Sequence record: MN871451.1
Direction: 5' to 3' (one strand)
Length of the DNA: 64,000 bases
In this document: piece after piece, positions 36,064 through 44,991 of the stretch
Position numbering within the stretch: position 1 is the first letter of the stretch
How the letters are laid out: each line of letters begins with the position of its first letter
Made by a program: the position numbers and the translations under genes
Notes under the pieces: generated by a model
Told to the model about the DNA's origin: nothing
Seen by the model: only the letters and a program-made list of their open reading frames with translations
Database searches by the model: none

Positions 36064-37299
36064 ATGAATTTACAGTCCCACTTCGAAGCGGAATTTGAAT
36101 TCGCTAAGCTCGATGAAGAAAGTCGTTCCGTATTACGTGCAGCGTTTGATATCTGGCATGATCAAGGGCACTCCGGTGGCAGCGCCGGGATTTTAATCGG
36201 TTCCCTCAAAGCCTGGCGAAAATCACTGACCCCTATAGACGATAATGCCTCACTACTTTCCGGTTTCAGTCGCTTGTTGTTTGAGAACCCTAATCTCGAC
36301 GATACTAAACGCGACCAGTTATTGGGACAATTCATTACCCTGGTGAGCTATCGTCCATTAACACCACTGACAGGTGAAGAGGACGAATGGACCGAACACA
36401 GCTATGGCTCCAAACAGAACAAACGTTGTAGCGCCGTCTTCATGGACGATGACGGAATTGCGCGTTTTTTAGACGGTAGAATTTTCTACACTCCTTCTTC
36501 CTACAGCAGTGACTTTATTGGTTACCACAATTTTTATTCATCGGTAGAAGTGACCTTCCCGTGGGTCCAGCCCGATGATATCGAGAAACACTTTTATGCC
36601 GATCGTGACGGTGCGTTAGAAATATCCCCTGAACACGCCGCCGCAATTTCCGACACCCGTGCTGTTACACAAGCCGCGGGGTTTATTAATGGTGACTATA
36701 TCAACCTTGAATCATTCTTTATTCATAAAGACCAACAGGAAGCACTCAGTGCGCTTTTTACTCGGTTTATTAAGCTGATGGGTACCTTTGATCACAAGAC
36801 CCGTAAAAGAGCGCTCATGAGTTTAGATAACGTTTATTGGACAGACGATTACGAAAACGGTAACGAAAATGTCCCTATCGGTGGAATGTTCCGTGGTGAA
36901 ACTCTCCCCCGTACACTAGTGGCACCTTTGACCCGACTGATCGCAATGATTCCACTGGACGCGAAATTGGCTGGAGATGAACTCGTTTGGTTTAGAGGGG
37001 CGCGTTTCGTGATTAATTTCACAAAACCTATGTTCCCGTCGCAAAAATTCCAATCTTGGGTCGAAGTTACCTCTAAGCGTTTTAATGATAAAGTAGTGGT
37101 GTCGTTAGTCAAGGCGTCGGATAAACCTGACGAGATCACCTATTTTGATCGGGTAGGCTATGAGGTAAAATACGTTGGTGATGATGAGAATTACCTTTAT
37201 CAGATGCGTAGGCGGTTTAAGATCAAACACCCTAAGGAGAAAGTCGCCGTCATCGATCAAACCTTGACGTCCGATAACGCTAACCCTGTTCAGGCGTAA
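36064..37299 (+). CDS. conserved-type phage protein, unknown function
   Basis: QGHSGGSA, RPLTPLTGEEDEW and QNKRCSAVF motifs. Confidence 0.75.
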   Translation: MNLQSHFEAEFEFAKLDEESRSVLRAAFDIWHDQGHSGGSAGILIGSLKAWRKSLTPIDDNASLLSGFSRLLFENPNLDDTKRDQLLGQFITLVSYRPLTPLTGEEDEWTEHSYGSKQNKRCSAVFMDDDGIARFLDGRIFYTPSSYSSDFIGYHNFYSSVEVTFPWVQPDDIEKHFYADRDGALEISPEHAAAISDTRAVTQAAGFINGDYINLESFFIHKDQQEALSALFTRFIKLMGTFDHKTRKRALMSLDNVYWTDDYENGNENVPIGGMFRGETLPRTLVAPLTRLIAMIPLDAKLAGDELVWFRGARFVINFTKPMFPSQKFQSWVEVTSKRFNDKVVVSLVKASDKPDEITYFDRVGYEVKYVGDDENYLYQMRRRFKIKHPKEKVAVIDQTLTSDNANPVQA

Positions 37300-37348
37300 T
37301 TCTCCGGATGGTTTGCTATGTTAACAATCGCGTTTAAAAGGTGTCAAC

Positions 37349-37972
37349 ATGGCAGACGATATTTCCGTTAAGATCTCAGAACTCAACCGAGTCAATACCA
37401 TTGCTGAGAAAGATATTATTCCTTTCTCTACTTCGTTAGTGGACGGAGCAGAAAGTACCCAAGCTGTCTCCGTCGCTATCCTACGAATGATTATGGCTAA
37501 CCCGACAGTTTACGACGATAGCGCTAAAGCGTTAGCCGATCTCAAAGCTGGTGATTATGCACTAATCTGGTCGGACTTCACTCGCTCCTCGGCGAATATC
37601 TTCAAATTCGACGGTAACACGTTAGCCCAATTACTTACTGAATCCGGTAAGGCGATTGAAATTCCGATCACCAGTTCCGCGACTGGGGTGGTGTTCCGCT
37701 ATACTGCTTTGGCAAACGAGTCGATCACTATTCCGAGTCGTTTAATCGGTACCACAGGCTATCACCGTATCATTGCGACGAACTTGACCTACCCTAATAT
37801 CTTCGGTGAGTACGTGGTAAACAAAGGGTTAGCGAGCGAAGCAATTGAGATGTCTTCAGCCATCGTTGAGAAGGAAGCTATGGTCGGGAAAATCCTGATT
37901 AATTGGCCTTCAAATATGGGTTTAGGAATGACCTTCGTTCAACAAGGTCAGTACGAAATTCGGATTTATTAA
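37349..37972 (+). CDS. putative tail-fibre/tailspike attachment protein
   Basis: N-terminal VKISELN motif shared with the 26984..29221 tailspike; CTATG upstream. Confidence 0.55.
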   Translation: MADDISVKISELNRVNTIAEKDIIPFSTSLVDGAESTQAVSVAILRMIMANPTVYDDSAKALADLKAGDYALIWSDFTRSSANIFKFDGNTLAQLLTESGKAIEIPITSSATGVVFRYTALANESITIPSRLIGTTGYHRIIATNLTYPNIFGEYVVNKGLASEAIEMSSAIVEKEAMVGKILINWPSNMGLGMTFVQQGQYEIRIY

Positions 37973-38041
37973 GCACAGAGAGAGGAGGGCAGCTGCCCTC
38001 CTCTCTTTCTATTTTACGTCCTGTGGAATTTATTTGAAGAC

Positions 38042-38056
38042 TATATCACTTTATTG
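38042..38056 (+). promoter_or_regulatory. putative early promoter
   Basis: TATATCAC-TTTA-TTG. Confidence 0.65.
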
Positions 38057-38081
38057 AAAGCTTACTCAGAGGGCCTTAGGA

Positions 38082-38786
38082 TTGAAAACTGAAGCGGAAC
38101 GAAAATTATATTCTGTTTGTAATCTGGTGGCGATGTCAACGCATTCTGCCACTGGGCAAAAAAGAAAAGGGTCTAACAAACCTTATTACATCCATCCGTT
38201 TTCCGTCAGTGAAACGCTCAAGGAAAATGACTACCCTATCACCGTAGTCTGCGCAGGTCTACTTCATGACGTGGTTGAGGATACCGAGATCTCTTTAGAG
38301 GATCTCCGTTTTATGCTGTTTACGTTTGATAGCATAGACGGTAATTACACCCAACTGGTTGATGAGACACTGAAACTCGTTGATTGGGTTACGGATCGCT
38401 ACACAACTAAAGCCATACAAGCGAACCGGAAAGACCGAACGATGTTAGAGGCGACTAAACTCCTTAACTCCGCTAACCCTGACGCGTGGGCGGTGAAATT
38501 GGCAGATATCCTCGACAACCTAAAAGACGTTGAAGGGATAGAAGTCACCTTCCTTAAAATTTGGCTCACGGAAAAAGATATCTTTACACAATTTCTTCCG
38601 AAAGGACGTTACTACGCACATCTTCACAAACTTGTCACTGACCGTATTACTGAGCTTGATAAAATCTATCATTTCCGTGATACGCAATGCTGGCACCGGT
38701 ACCGTGATGCCATGGAATTTTTCTTAGATGATAACAACCGCAAGGAGTTTGAAAATGCCTACCGAATCAATCCTGAATCTTGTTGA
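38082..38786 (+). CDS. RelA/SpoT-type HD hydrolase (small alarmone hydrolase/Mesh1-like)
   Basis: H..GQKRKGSNKPYYIHP, AGLLHDVVEDT and VKLADILDNL motifs. Confidence 0.85.
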   Translation: MKTEAERKLYSVCNLVAMSTHSATGQKRKGSNKPYYIHPFSVSETLKENDYPITVVCAGLLHDVVEDTEISLEDLRFMLFTFDSIDGNYTQLVDETLKLVDWVTDRYTTKAIQANRKDRTMLEATKLLNSANPDAWAVKLADILDNLKDVEGIEVTFLKIWLTEKDIFTQFLPKGRYYAHLHKLVTDRITELDKIYHFRDTQCWHRYRDAMEFFLDDNNRKEFENAYRINPESC

Positions 38787-39261
38787 TAAGTTTGTTGATT
38801 TTTACCGGGTCTATTTTTCCCGTGAATCGAAAGAGGATGCGATTAAACGGATTAACTCCGGGGATTGCGGGACGGCGGCAGTATGCATTGGTTTGGTAGC
38901 GAAGCAGTGGGGGCATGAAGTAATCTTCTACGATTGCGGGAACCATGCCTTTGTAAGTCTCTCCGGGGTTATTATCGACGCGGCTAATCCCCACGGTATT
39001 GAGCTGGAGAAACTCCTTTCTCAATATAGTGCAGATCGGGCGAATGAAGTAACCGTTGAAGAACTCATCGATGGCTACCTGGAAATCGATGCTCTGGGTT
39101 GCAGTTTCGCTAAACTCTTCCTCGAACACTTTAAAGAGCCTATCCCGGAGAAAATCCGTTACGTAACCGAACACATCGACGAGTTCGATTCGATAGAATG
39201 GGTACAACCGCACGTTGATCGTTTAACGGGGTATCTGAAAGGGGCCGATAATGAACACTGA
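38755..39261 (+). CDS. hypothetical protein with possible Cys-His protease/transglutaminase-like motifs
   Basis: ATG 38755 after AAGGAG; INSGDCGTAA, NHAFV and IIDA motifs. Confidence 0.65.
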   Translation: MPTESILNLVDKFVDFYRVYFSRESKEDAIKRINSGDCGTAAVCIGLVAKQWGHEVIFYDCGNHAFVSLSGVIIDAANPHGIELEKLLSQYSADRANEVTVEELIDGYLEIDALGCSFAKLFLEHFKEPIPEKIRYVTEHIDEFDSIEWVQPHVDRLTGYLKGADNEH

Positions 39262-39661
39262 TTTAAACAGATTCATTCGGGAAATAATCATTCTGAAAAA
39301 GGCCGATGTCGATAAGTACTCTCCGGACGCGGTCAGAAAATTCTTTGAACGTAAACACTCGTTTTTGGAATTAGGGGTATTGGAGAGACCAAAAGGCCCG
39401 ATGTCCAAGGAGGACTTCCAACGGTATGTGACAGTTAACCGCGACCAATGTCACTTTGTGACGAAGAACTACAAGTGGGACAGTGAAGGTAATCTCGTTA
39501 CGAGTATTACAAACTACAGTCCTATTCGTTCCGAGAAAGTAGCGGGTGCACTGATGAAGGAAACACTTCCTTTCGAGTTTGTCCCGCGAATTCTTCGTAA
39601 GCGAAATCAAGACGGTAGTTACCGTTTTGATATCATTACGTTCGATGTTTGCTGGAGGTAA
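39251..39661 (+). CDS. hypothetical protein
   Basis: 136 aa, overlapping operon. Confidence 0.65.
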   Translation: MNTDLNRFIREIIILKKADVDKYSPDAVRKFFERKHSFLELGVLERPKGPMSKEDFQRYVTVNRDQCHFVTKNYKWDSEGNLVTSITNYSPIRSEKVAGALMKETLPFEFVPRILRKRNQDGSYRFDIITFDVCWR

Positions 39662-39892
39662 ATGATGTACGAAGGTAATCTATTACGGTACGCTAACGCC
39701 AAAATTAAAACGGAGTTAGAGCAGGTCGAAGGGGTTGAGGTAACGGATCTCGATGAACCCATTTTCGATACCCTTTTCGATATAACCAGATTAGGGTTAG
39801 TGGTGGGTTGTGATCTGACCACCCTTAACGGTTTTCATTTGACAGCGAACACTGAAGAAGCGGAGGTCTGTCGTGGACTGCTTTTTAAATGA
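39662..39892 (+). CDS. hypothetical protein
   Basis: GGAGG RBS; 76 aa. Confidence 0.7.
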   Translation: MMYEGNLLRYANAKIKTELEQVEGVEVTDLDEPIFDTLFDITRLGLVVGCDLTTLNGFHLTANTEEAEVCRGLLFK

Positions 39893-40205
39893 TTCTGAGG
39901 CAATTTCTACTCATCAAAGACAGCGCCTTTTTGAACTTAAAGCAAATATCATCGCTCAAAGTTCGGTAGAGAAAGCACTAAATGCGCTTCGTGAGGAAGA
40001 ATATCATCTTCGTGAACTTATCCAAATGGATCTTCGTCAGACGGGTATTTACGAAGCGCATTTACGCGGGATACGCGACGAAGAGATCGCGCACTACGGC
40101 GATTATTCTGTCGGGTACGTCCAACGTTGCATTAAGTCCAAAGAAGCTGAGTTATACTCTCGGCGGACCGGTAACGCCATTATGATTCAATGGCCTGAGG
40201 AATAA
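39873..40205 (+). CDS. hypothetical protein
   Basis: GTG start after GGAGG. Confidence 0.6.
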   Translation: MDCFLNDSEAISTHQRQRLFELKANIIAQSSVEKALNALREEEYHLRELIQMDLRQTGIYEAHLRGIRDEEIAHYGDYSVGYVQRCIKSKEAELYSRRTGNAIMIQWPEE

Positions 40206-40646
40206 ATGATGATCACTACATTTAAAGGACGTAAAGGGATTTGGACCAAACGTAACAAAGCTGACTTCGGGGAATTTATTCAGGTCAGTGGCGATGATAA
40301 ACTACGAATCAATTTCGGGTTGTTTGTCAAGGCCAAAGACCGTTCCGTTGTTATTCATTTCCATGACCTGTTTCCAGCGGACAGTAGCATTGACAATGGA
40401 ACAGAGAAAAATAAAGCGCCGTACGTTCCTCTGTTCCATGTCACACCTGGTGTAAAAAGTACCGGTATTTGCTTCAGTCCAGAGTGTTTTTATATTTCAC
40501 TTTCTATTAAGTACTGGGCTGGACCTTCCCGCAATCTCAAATTAGGTGTCAATACTCTTCAATCCTTTATTGGCGGGTTAGGCGATATCTCCGGCGAGAA
40601 GCTCGGTGAAATTTTATTGGGGGTTGAAAAAGCCTATGCGGCCTAA
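40206..40646 (+). CDS. hypothetical protein
   Basis: GAGG RBS; 146 aa. Confidence 0.7.
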   Translation: MMITTFKGRKGIWTKRNKADFGEFIQVSGDDKLRINFGLFVKAKDRSVVIHFHDLFPADSSIDNGTEKNKAPYVPLFHVTPGVKSTGICFSPECFYISLSIKYWAGPSRNLKLGVNTLQSFIGGLGDISGEKLGEILLGVEKAYAA

Positions 40647-40730
40647 CGCTCTGCGGTACTACCGCCACTCTGAGATCATATTCTGCCCGTAGAGATGTTC
40701 TCTACGGGTGAACTCAGAGGATTTAAAACG

Positions 40731-40994
40731 ATGACTATTCGTGACCGCGCTTTTCGCCGTTTCAAACGTGCTATGAAGAAAAAGAAAGTTTCTCACTATT
40801 GGAACGCCAATGTCTATTTTAATGGGATGAAACCCCAAACCGATAAAGGCATTATCGGTCGTGTAGCGACCACACCTTGTAACTGTAGTTGCTGGATGTG
40901 CGGTCATCAACGTAAAGGGCACGGGTTTACCTATAGCGAAATTGTAGCGCGAGAAAAGGCAGACATTGCATTAGGTCTGTCAGAAAAAGACTAA
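40731..40994 (+). CDS. small basic Cys-rich phage protein
   Basis: ATG 40731 after GAGG; TPCNCSCWMCGHQRK motif. Confidence 0.7.
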   Translation: MTIRDRAFRRFKRAMKKKKVSHYWNANVYFNGMKPQTDKGIIGRVATTPCNCSCWMCGHQRKGHGFTYSEIVAREKADIALGLSEKD

Positions 40995-41040
40995 CACAGT
41001 AGGCGGGGCTAATCCCCGCCTACTTTTCAGAGGAAAGAAA

Positions 41041-41403
41041 ATGAGTAAGCAAGATGTTCCTGTACAACCGGATACCATGGAGACTTTTGGTCTGTGGGAG
41101 CTCGAGAAAGAAATTTACGAAAAAGAAGGGGTACGCGTGCTTTTCCGAGCACCTGCCAGGTTGTCACTGATTGGGAAACGCTATAACGAAATTTACACTA
41201 ACGTTTGTCCTGGTAATGCTCGGTTGACGGTGTTGACGAAACGAATTCAAAACGTCATCAAACAACTGATCGTGGCGAACCAGCGAGGGTTTCTTTCGAC
41301 TATCCCTAGTCATGAAATCACATTTGATTACGTCGACGGGAAAGGGAACTTTCCTAATGGCGGGCAATACCTGACTACCGTCCGTAACAGCTATTCGAAA
41401 TAA
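41041..41403 (+). CDS. hypothetical phage protein
   Basis: GAGG RBS; LEKEIYEKEGVRVLFRAP motif. Confidence 0.7.
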   Translation: MSKQDVPVQPDTMETFGLWELEKEIYEKEGVRVLFRAPARLSLIGKRYNEIYTNVCPGNARLTVLTKRIQNVIKQLIVANQRGFLSTIPSHEITFDYVDGKGNFPNGGQYLTTVRNSYSK

Positions 41404-41445
41404 CAGACAATTGGAGATGAACCCATCTCCAATTTTTTTAACATC

Positions 41446-41460
41446 TATATAGCTACAGTG
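41446..41460 (+). promoter_or_regulatory. putative early promoter
   Basis: TATATAGC-TACA-GTG, followed by a hairpin and AACTAAACC. Confidence 0.55.
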
Positions 41461-41511
41461 ATTTAGGAAAGATAAAACCTTTCCGTAAATAAAATAACTA
41501 AACCTATTGGA

Positions 41512-41931
41512 GTGCTATTAATGTTACTGACTGCGAAAACTATCGAAAACGTACAAAAAGCTATTAATAAAAGTTCTTATACCGTTAAAGAGATTAAAGT
41601 CAAAGCTATTTATACCACACCAAAAATTTCGGTGGCGCTTTACATTTTAGACGGCGAATTAGTTGCTAGTCAGCTGTATCCTTTCAAAGGGGCTAAAATG
41701 TCAAATCTCATTTTAGATGCAGCGGCCTTCTGCGACTACTATATACTAGAAGAGATTTATCGTGGTCTTGAAAAAGACGACACCGCAGAATTGATTGAGT
41801 CTTTATGGCCTTGCAACGATAAACGCAATGTCGTCGAGATCAGCTCTTTGAAAGAAAATAAAATTTCAAAGGAATCATTTAATAATCTCGCCAACAAATT
41901 CAACAACAACCATCAACGTCGCCGGAAATAA
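41512..41931 (+). CDS. hypothetical protein
   Basis: 139 aa; the start may be ATG 41521 after GGAG. Confidence 0.65.
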   Translation: MLLMLLTAKTIENVQKAINKSSYTVKEIKVKAIYTTPKISVALYILDGELVASQLYPFKGAKMSNLILDAAAFCDYYILEEIYRGLEKDDTAELIESLWPCNDKRNVVEISSLKENKISKESFNNLANKFNNNHQRRRK

Positions 41932-41942
41932 GAGAAACTAAA

Positions 41943-42314
41943 ATGAAACTACGCTTTGCTTTAATAGGGATTGTCTTCTTTGCGGCGAATGCCTCTGCTC
42001 ACTACTTCGGTCCAGTTAACCAAACTAACTCTATCGGCATGGACGGCTATTCTCAAATTGAGATGTACATCGATACGAAAGAATCCGGGGATTTTGTTTT
42101 TCGTGTCGGGAATAAGGTCATTGCAGATAAGAAAGGGATCCCCTACAAAAAATATGTTTTCGGTGGTGAAAGAGCGACCTTTCCGATGACCATCAATAAC
42201 AAATTTATCCAGCAGCACGATAACGGACAGAAATACGTCCCTATCTGCGCGATGCAGGTAATACCCAACGTGCAGTTCCAACCCGAGGTGTGCTTCAATG
42301 TCCATGTTGAATAA
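41943..42314 (+). CDS. secreted beta-sandwich-like protein, two C-terminal Cys (module gene 1)
   Basis: Signal peptide ending NASA; YVPICAMQ...PEVCFNV. Confidence 0.75.
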   Translation: MKLRFALIGIVFFAANASAHYFGPVNQTNSIGMDGYSQIEMYIDTKESGDFVFRVGNKVIADKKGIPYKKYVFGGERATFPMTINNKFIQQHDNGQKYVPICAMQVIPNVQFQPEVCFNVHVE

Positions 42315-42702
42315 AGTCTTACTCTTTGCAGTTACACTGGCTTGTTCAACAATGGCTTTTGCCGATGCGCCTTACATCATGAACAACACAGCTGAAAACC
42401 GAGGTCGCGTACAGAACGGTGATATCAGCTGTGAGGTCAGCCGACCGCAAGCAACGATTAACGTCGGGGCGTACGGAAATAACGGTATTCAGTATCGTTA
42501 TGCAGATAACGATAAAGGTGGATATGTTAGTATAAGTATCCCCTTAGGCGGTGACGATAAGATGGCCGAAAGCTGCGAGCGGTTAGCCGATCTTAGTCGT
42601 CGCCAAAAAGAATTACAGATCCGTCGTTTAGAGATGGAAATGGAACGCATGGAACAGAATCAGCAAATGGATTCTCAACGTGCGATGCGTGTCGATCCGT
42701 AA
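42298..42702 (+). CDS. secreted beta-hairpin plus coiled-coil protein (module gene 2)
   Basis: Signal peptide ending AFA; GDISC, YVSISIPLG, SCERL and RRQKELQIRRLEMEMERME. Confidence 0.75.
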   Translation: MSMLNKVLLFAVTLACSTMAFADAPYIMNNTAENRGRVQNGDISCEVSRPQATINVGAYGNNGIQYRYADNDKGGYVSISIPLGGDDKMAESCERLADLSRRQKELQIRRLEMEMERMEQNQQMDSQRAMRVDP

Positions 42703-42746
42703 ATTGTAGTAAAAAACCTTAACTCAATCTCTCTTTTGGAAAACAA

Positions 42747-43241
42747 ATGAAAAACGTAAAATTCGCTGTGGCTGCTCTGGTACTGTCTCTGTCTTCTACT
42801 GCGTTCGCTGCGCAGGAAATGGTATGGGATGCAGAATACACCCAAACTCAAATGTCATGTGGGATCGATTTTGCCAATGGTCAGCAGACCGGCGGGATCC
42901 TTCTGAAAGGCGAGCAAGGTACCGATAATCAAAAGGCGGTTAACTTCGTACTGAAAAGTAACACCGCTCGCCAGAGCTGGAAACTGACCGAAGCCAAACT
43001 GACCCAAAACACCGGGCGCTTCGCCTTCGCTGATAACCTCATGACCATCAGCGATCGTTCGCAAACTTCCGTATTCATCAACAACCAGGAATACGCGTGG
43101 TCCGCCGCTGCTCAAAATCAGCAGATCCAGGGTAACAACAAAACGCTGGCTATCGCGCCGAAAATCAATCTCGACGCACAAGAGATGCCGCTGGGCACTA
43201 CTCACATCCAGGGCAAAGTTGTCCTGACCTGCGAAAACTAA
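42747..43241 (+). CDS. secreted fimbrial-subunit-like protein (module gene 3)
   Basis: Signal peptide ending AFA; N-terminal SCGI and C-terminal PLGTTHIQGKVVLTCEN; followed by a hairpin. Confidence 0.75.
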   Translation: MKNVKFAVAALVLSLSSTAFAAQEMVWDAEYTQTQMSCGIDFANGQQTGGILLKGEQGTDNQKAVNFVLKSNTARQSWKLTEAKLTQNTGRFAFADNLMTISDRSQTSVFINNQEYAWSAAAQNQQIQGNNKTLAIAPKINLDAQEMPLGTTHIQGKVVLTCEN

Positions 43242-43308
43242 TCTACCTCTGTCTCCGGTTCTCTGAACCGGAGACGTTATAAAACGTTAACGTTAAGGAA
43301 GATATAAA

Positions 43309-43728
43309 ATGTTTTACTCGCTGACCCTACTTTCCAAAATACTCTCTTTGTTCTCCTGCTTCGCCCTGGCCATTCTTATTATTGCGAAAATCCCGTTATT
43401 AGAGGATGCAGTAATTTACTGGGTGATCACGTTGATCACAATACGCTTACTCTGGCTGGGTTTCCAGTTCTTCTCCTTCCCTGACCTCTCAAGAATAACG
43501 CTGACGCCAGAGAACAAAAGTAAACTTCGCCAAAAAATAGAGAAGCATCTGACTTTCACTGGCGGGATGAACGTTATGCTGCGTTTAATCGTGGCTGTGG
43601 TGCTATTCATTCTGCTCTGCGTTCACCATGAGTACTTATTAGGTATTCTGTCTATCGCTACTTTCTTTGTCCGAATGTTTTTCGAGATTGAAGCGATAAT
43701 CGAAATTGAATCGCTAAAACACGTATAA
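43309..43728 (+). CDS. four-TM membrane protein
   Basis: AAGGA RBS; four hydrophobic segments. Confidence 0.7.
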   Translation: MFYSLTLLSKILSLFSCFALAILIIAKIPLLEDAVIYWVITLITIRLLWLGFQFFSFPDLSRITLTPENKSKLRQKIEKHLTFTGGMNVMLRLIVAVVLFILLCVHHEYLLGILSIATFFVRMFFEIEAIIEIESLKHV

Positions 43729-43766
43729 AAAAGAGAGGGCGTTTGCCCTCTCTTTTTTTGTTTCTT

Positions 43767-44336
43767 TTACGGCGTTTGGAACGGGTTGATCAGAAATGCA
43801 AACTGGTATTTCTCAAATCCTTCTGCTTTCAGTTTCCACCCAATGTAAACCTTAAACCGACGTTTCTTCACGTGGTCGTCACGCATGAAGTAGACCATCC
43901 AGTAATGGGACTTATAGGTGCCTTTAACATCAAACCCTTTACCCTCTAAAACAGGTTGACGGAATTTGTCTTTTGGTGCACCTAACACGCTAATAGAAAA
44001 ACCGTACAACGGGTTGCGGTATAGCCAAAAGACACGGGCGACGTAAGTTTGCGCCCAATCAGGGAGTACCTTTACCCAGATAGAGTGTTTCTCTTTCCAA
44101 CCGGAATCCCCGTCTAAACTATTGTCCGGTGTGTCGAACCATTTCAGCCATTTCGGTAGTTTCCCGTCTTTCGTCGCAAACGCCGGTAAAAACGGTGTGA
44201 TAATGACGCAAATGATCAACGCTGCGAAGTAGATCAATAAAAAACTCAACCAGTGTAAGAAGCCCAATAACGGAATAGGATGTCCCCAAAGCGTAATTTT
44301 CTTCATCGTATTCAATCCCCAAGGTAGATGTTTCAT
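43767..44336 (-). CDS. membrane-anchored conserved-type phage protein
   Basis: N-terminal TM, then WLKWFDTPDNSLDGD and WLYRNPLYGF motifs; isolated - strand gene. Confidence 0.7.
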   Translation of the reverse strand: MKHLPWGLNTMKKITLWGHPIPLLGFLHWLSFLLIYFAALIICVIITPFLPAFATKDGKLPKWLKWFDTPDNSLDGDSGWKEKHSIWVKVLPDWAQTYVARVFWLYRNPLYGFSISVLGAPKDKFRQPVLEGKGFDVKGTYKSHYWMVYFMRDDHVKKRRFKVYIGWKLKAEGFEKYQFAFLINPFQTP

Positions 44337-44375
44337 AAAAACTTCAATAAATCGAAATGCAGTTTTTTTGATGTA

Positions 44376-44390
44376 TATATTGCTAAGGTG
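44376..44390 (+). promoter_or_regulatory. putative early promoter
   Basis: TGTA-TATATTGC-TAAG-GTG, followed by a hairpin and AACTAAACC. Confidence 0.65.
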
Positions 44391-44447
44391 AAATAGGAAA
44401 GGAAAAAGTCTTTTCCAAATAACTAAACCAATAAGAGGTAAAGTAAA

Positions 44448-44606
44448 ATGAAAGAAAGTATACTTTTATTAATTGTCACGCTCATTGCGTTGCTTTGTTT
44501 CGGCGTCTCGTTACCGATGGCCATCCTTTACGGATTCGTCTCTGTGCTCGTCTGGTATATCGTTTCACCGTTCGCTCTGTTAGTCACCGTTACCTATTTA
44601 CCCTAA
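44448..44606 (+). CDS. 52-aa membrane microprotein (not in ORF track)
   Basis: GAGG RBS; MKESILLLIVTLIALLCFGVSLPMAILYGFVSVLVWYIVSPFALLVTVTYLP. Confidence 0.7.
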   Translation: MKESILLLIVTLIALLCFGVSLPMAILYGFVSVLVWYIVSPFALLVTVTYLP

Positions 44607-44621
44607 GAAGGAGAAATCATC

Positions 44622-44792
44622 ATGACTTACTTCATCGCATTAATTCTCACCCTGCTGATCTGCACCTTCTTTGAACTGACTATCATCCCAACACTTCTGG
44701 TAGCTTTCATAGCAGGGGCCGCCGGAGCGTTTTTAGAAGAGCAAACTAACAAAGCCAATTTCAACGCAACCCATTCACCGGAGGCGTTGTAA
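44622..44792 (+). CDS. 56-aa membrane microprotein (not in ORF track)
   Basis: AAGGAG RBS; MTYFIALILTLLICTFFELTIIPTLLVAFIAGAAGAFLEEQTNKANFNATHSPEAL. Confidence 0.75.
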   Translation: MTYFIALILTLLICTFFELTIIPTLLVAFIAGAAGAFLEEQTNKANFNATHSPEAL

Positions 44793-44911
44793 TGAAAACG
44801 TCTTTCGCGGTACTGGGGATTATTTCCTCGGTACTTATTCTTGACCTGGCTTTACTCCCGGCCTGCGTTTTCGCCGTCGCCGTAGGGAGTTACTTAAAAG
44901 CGGTCAAATAG
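44792..44911 (+). CDS. 39-aa membrane microprotein (not in ORF track)
   Basis: GGAGG RBS, TAATG coupling; MKTSFAVLGIISSVLILDLALLPACVFAVAVGSYLKAVK. Confidence 0.7.
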   Translation: MKTSFAVLGIISSVLILDLALLPACVFAVAVGSYLKAVK

Positions 44912-44991
44912 TAGTAAGCGCTGCCTCTCAACAGCGTGAGTAGTGCACTCTCACCCGTAGTTAAAATATTCAATTCAAAAGGTAAATTATC

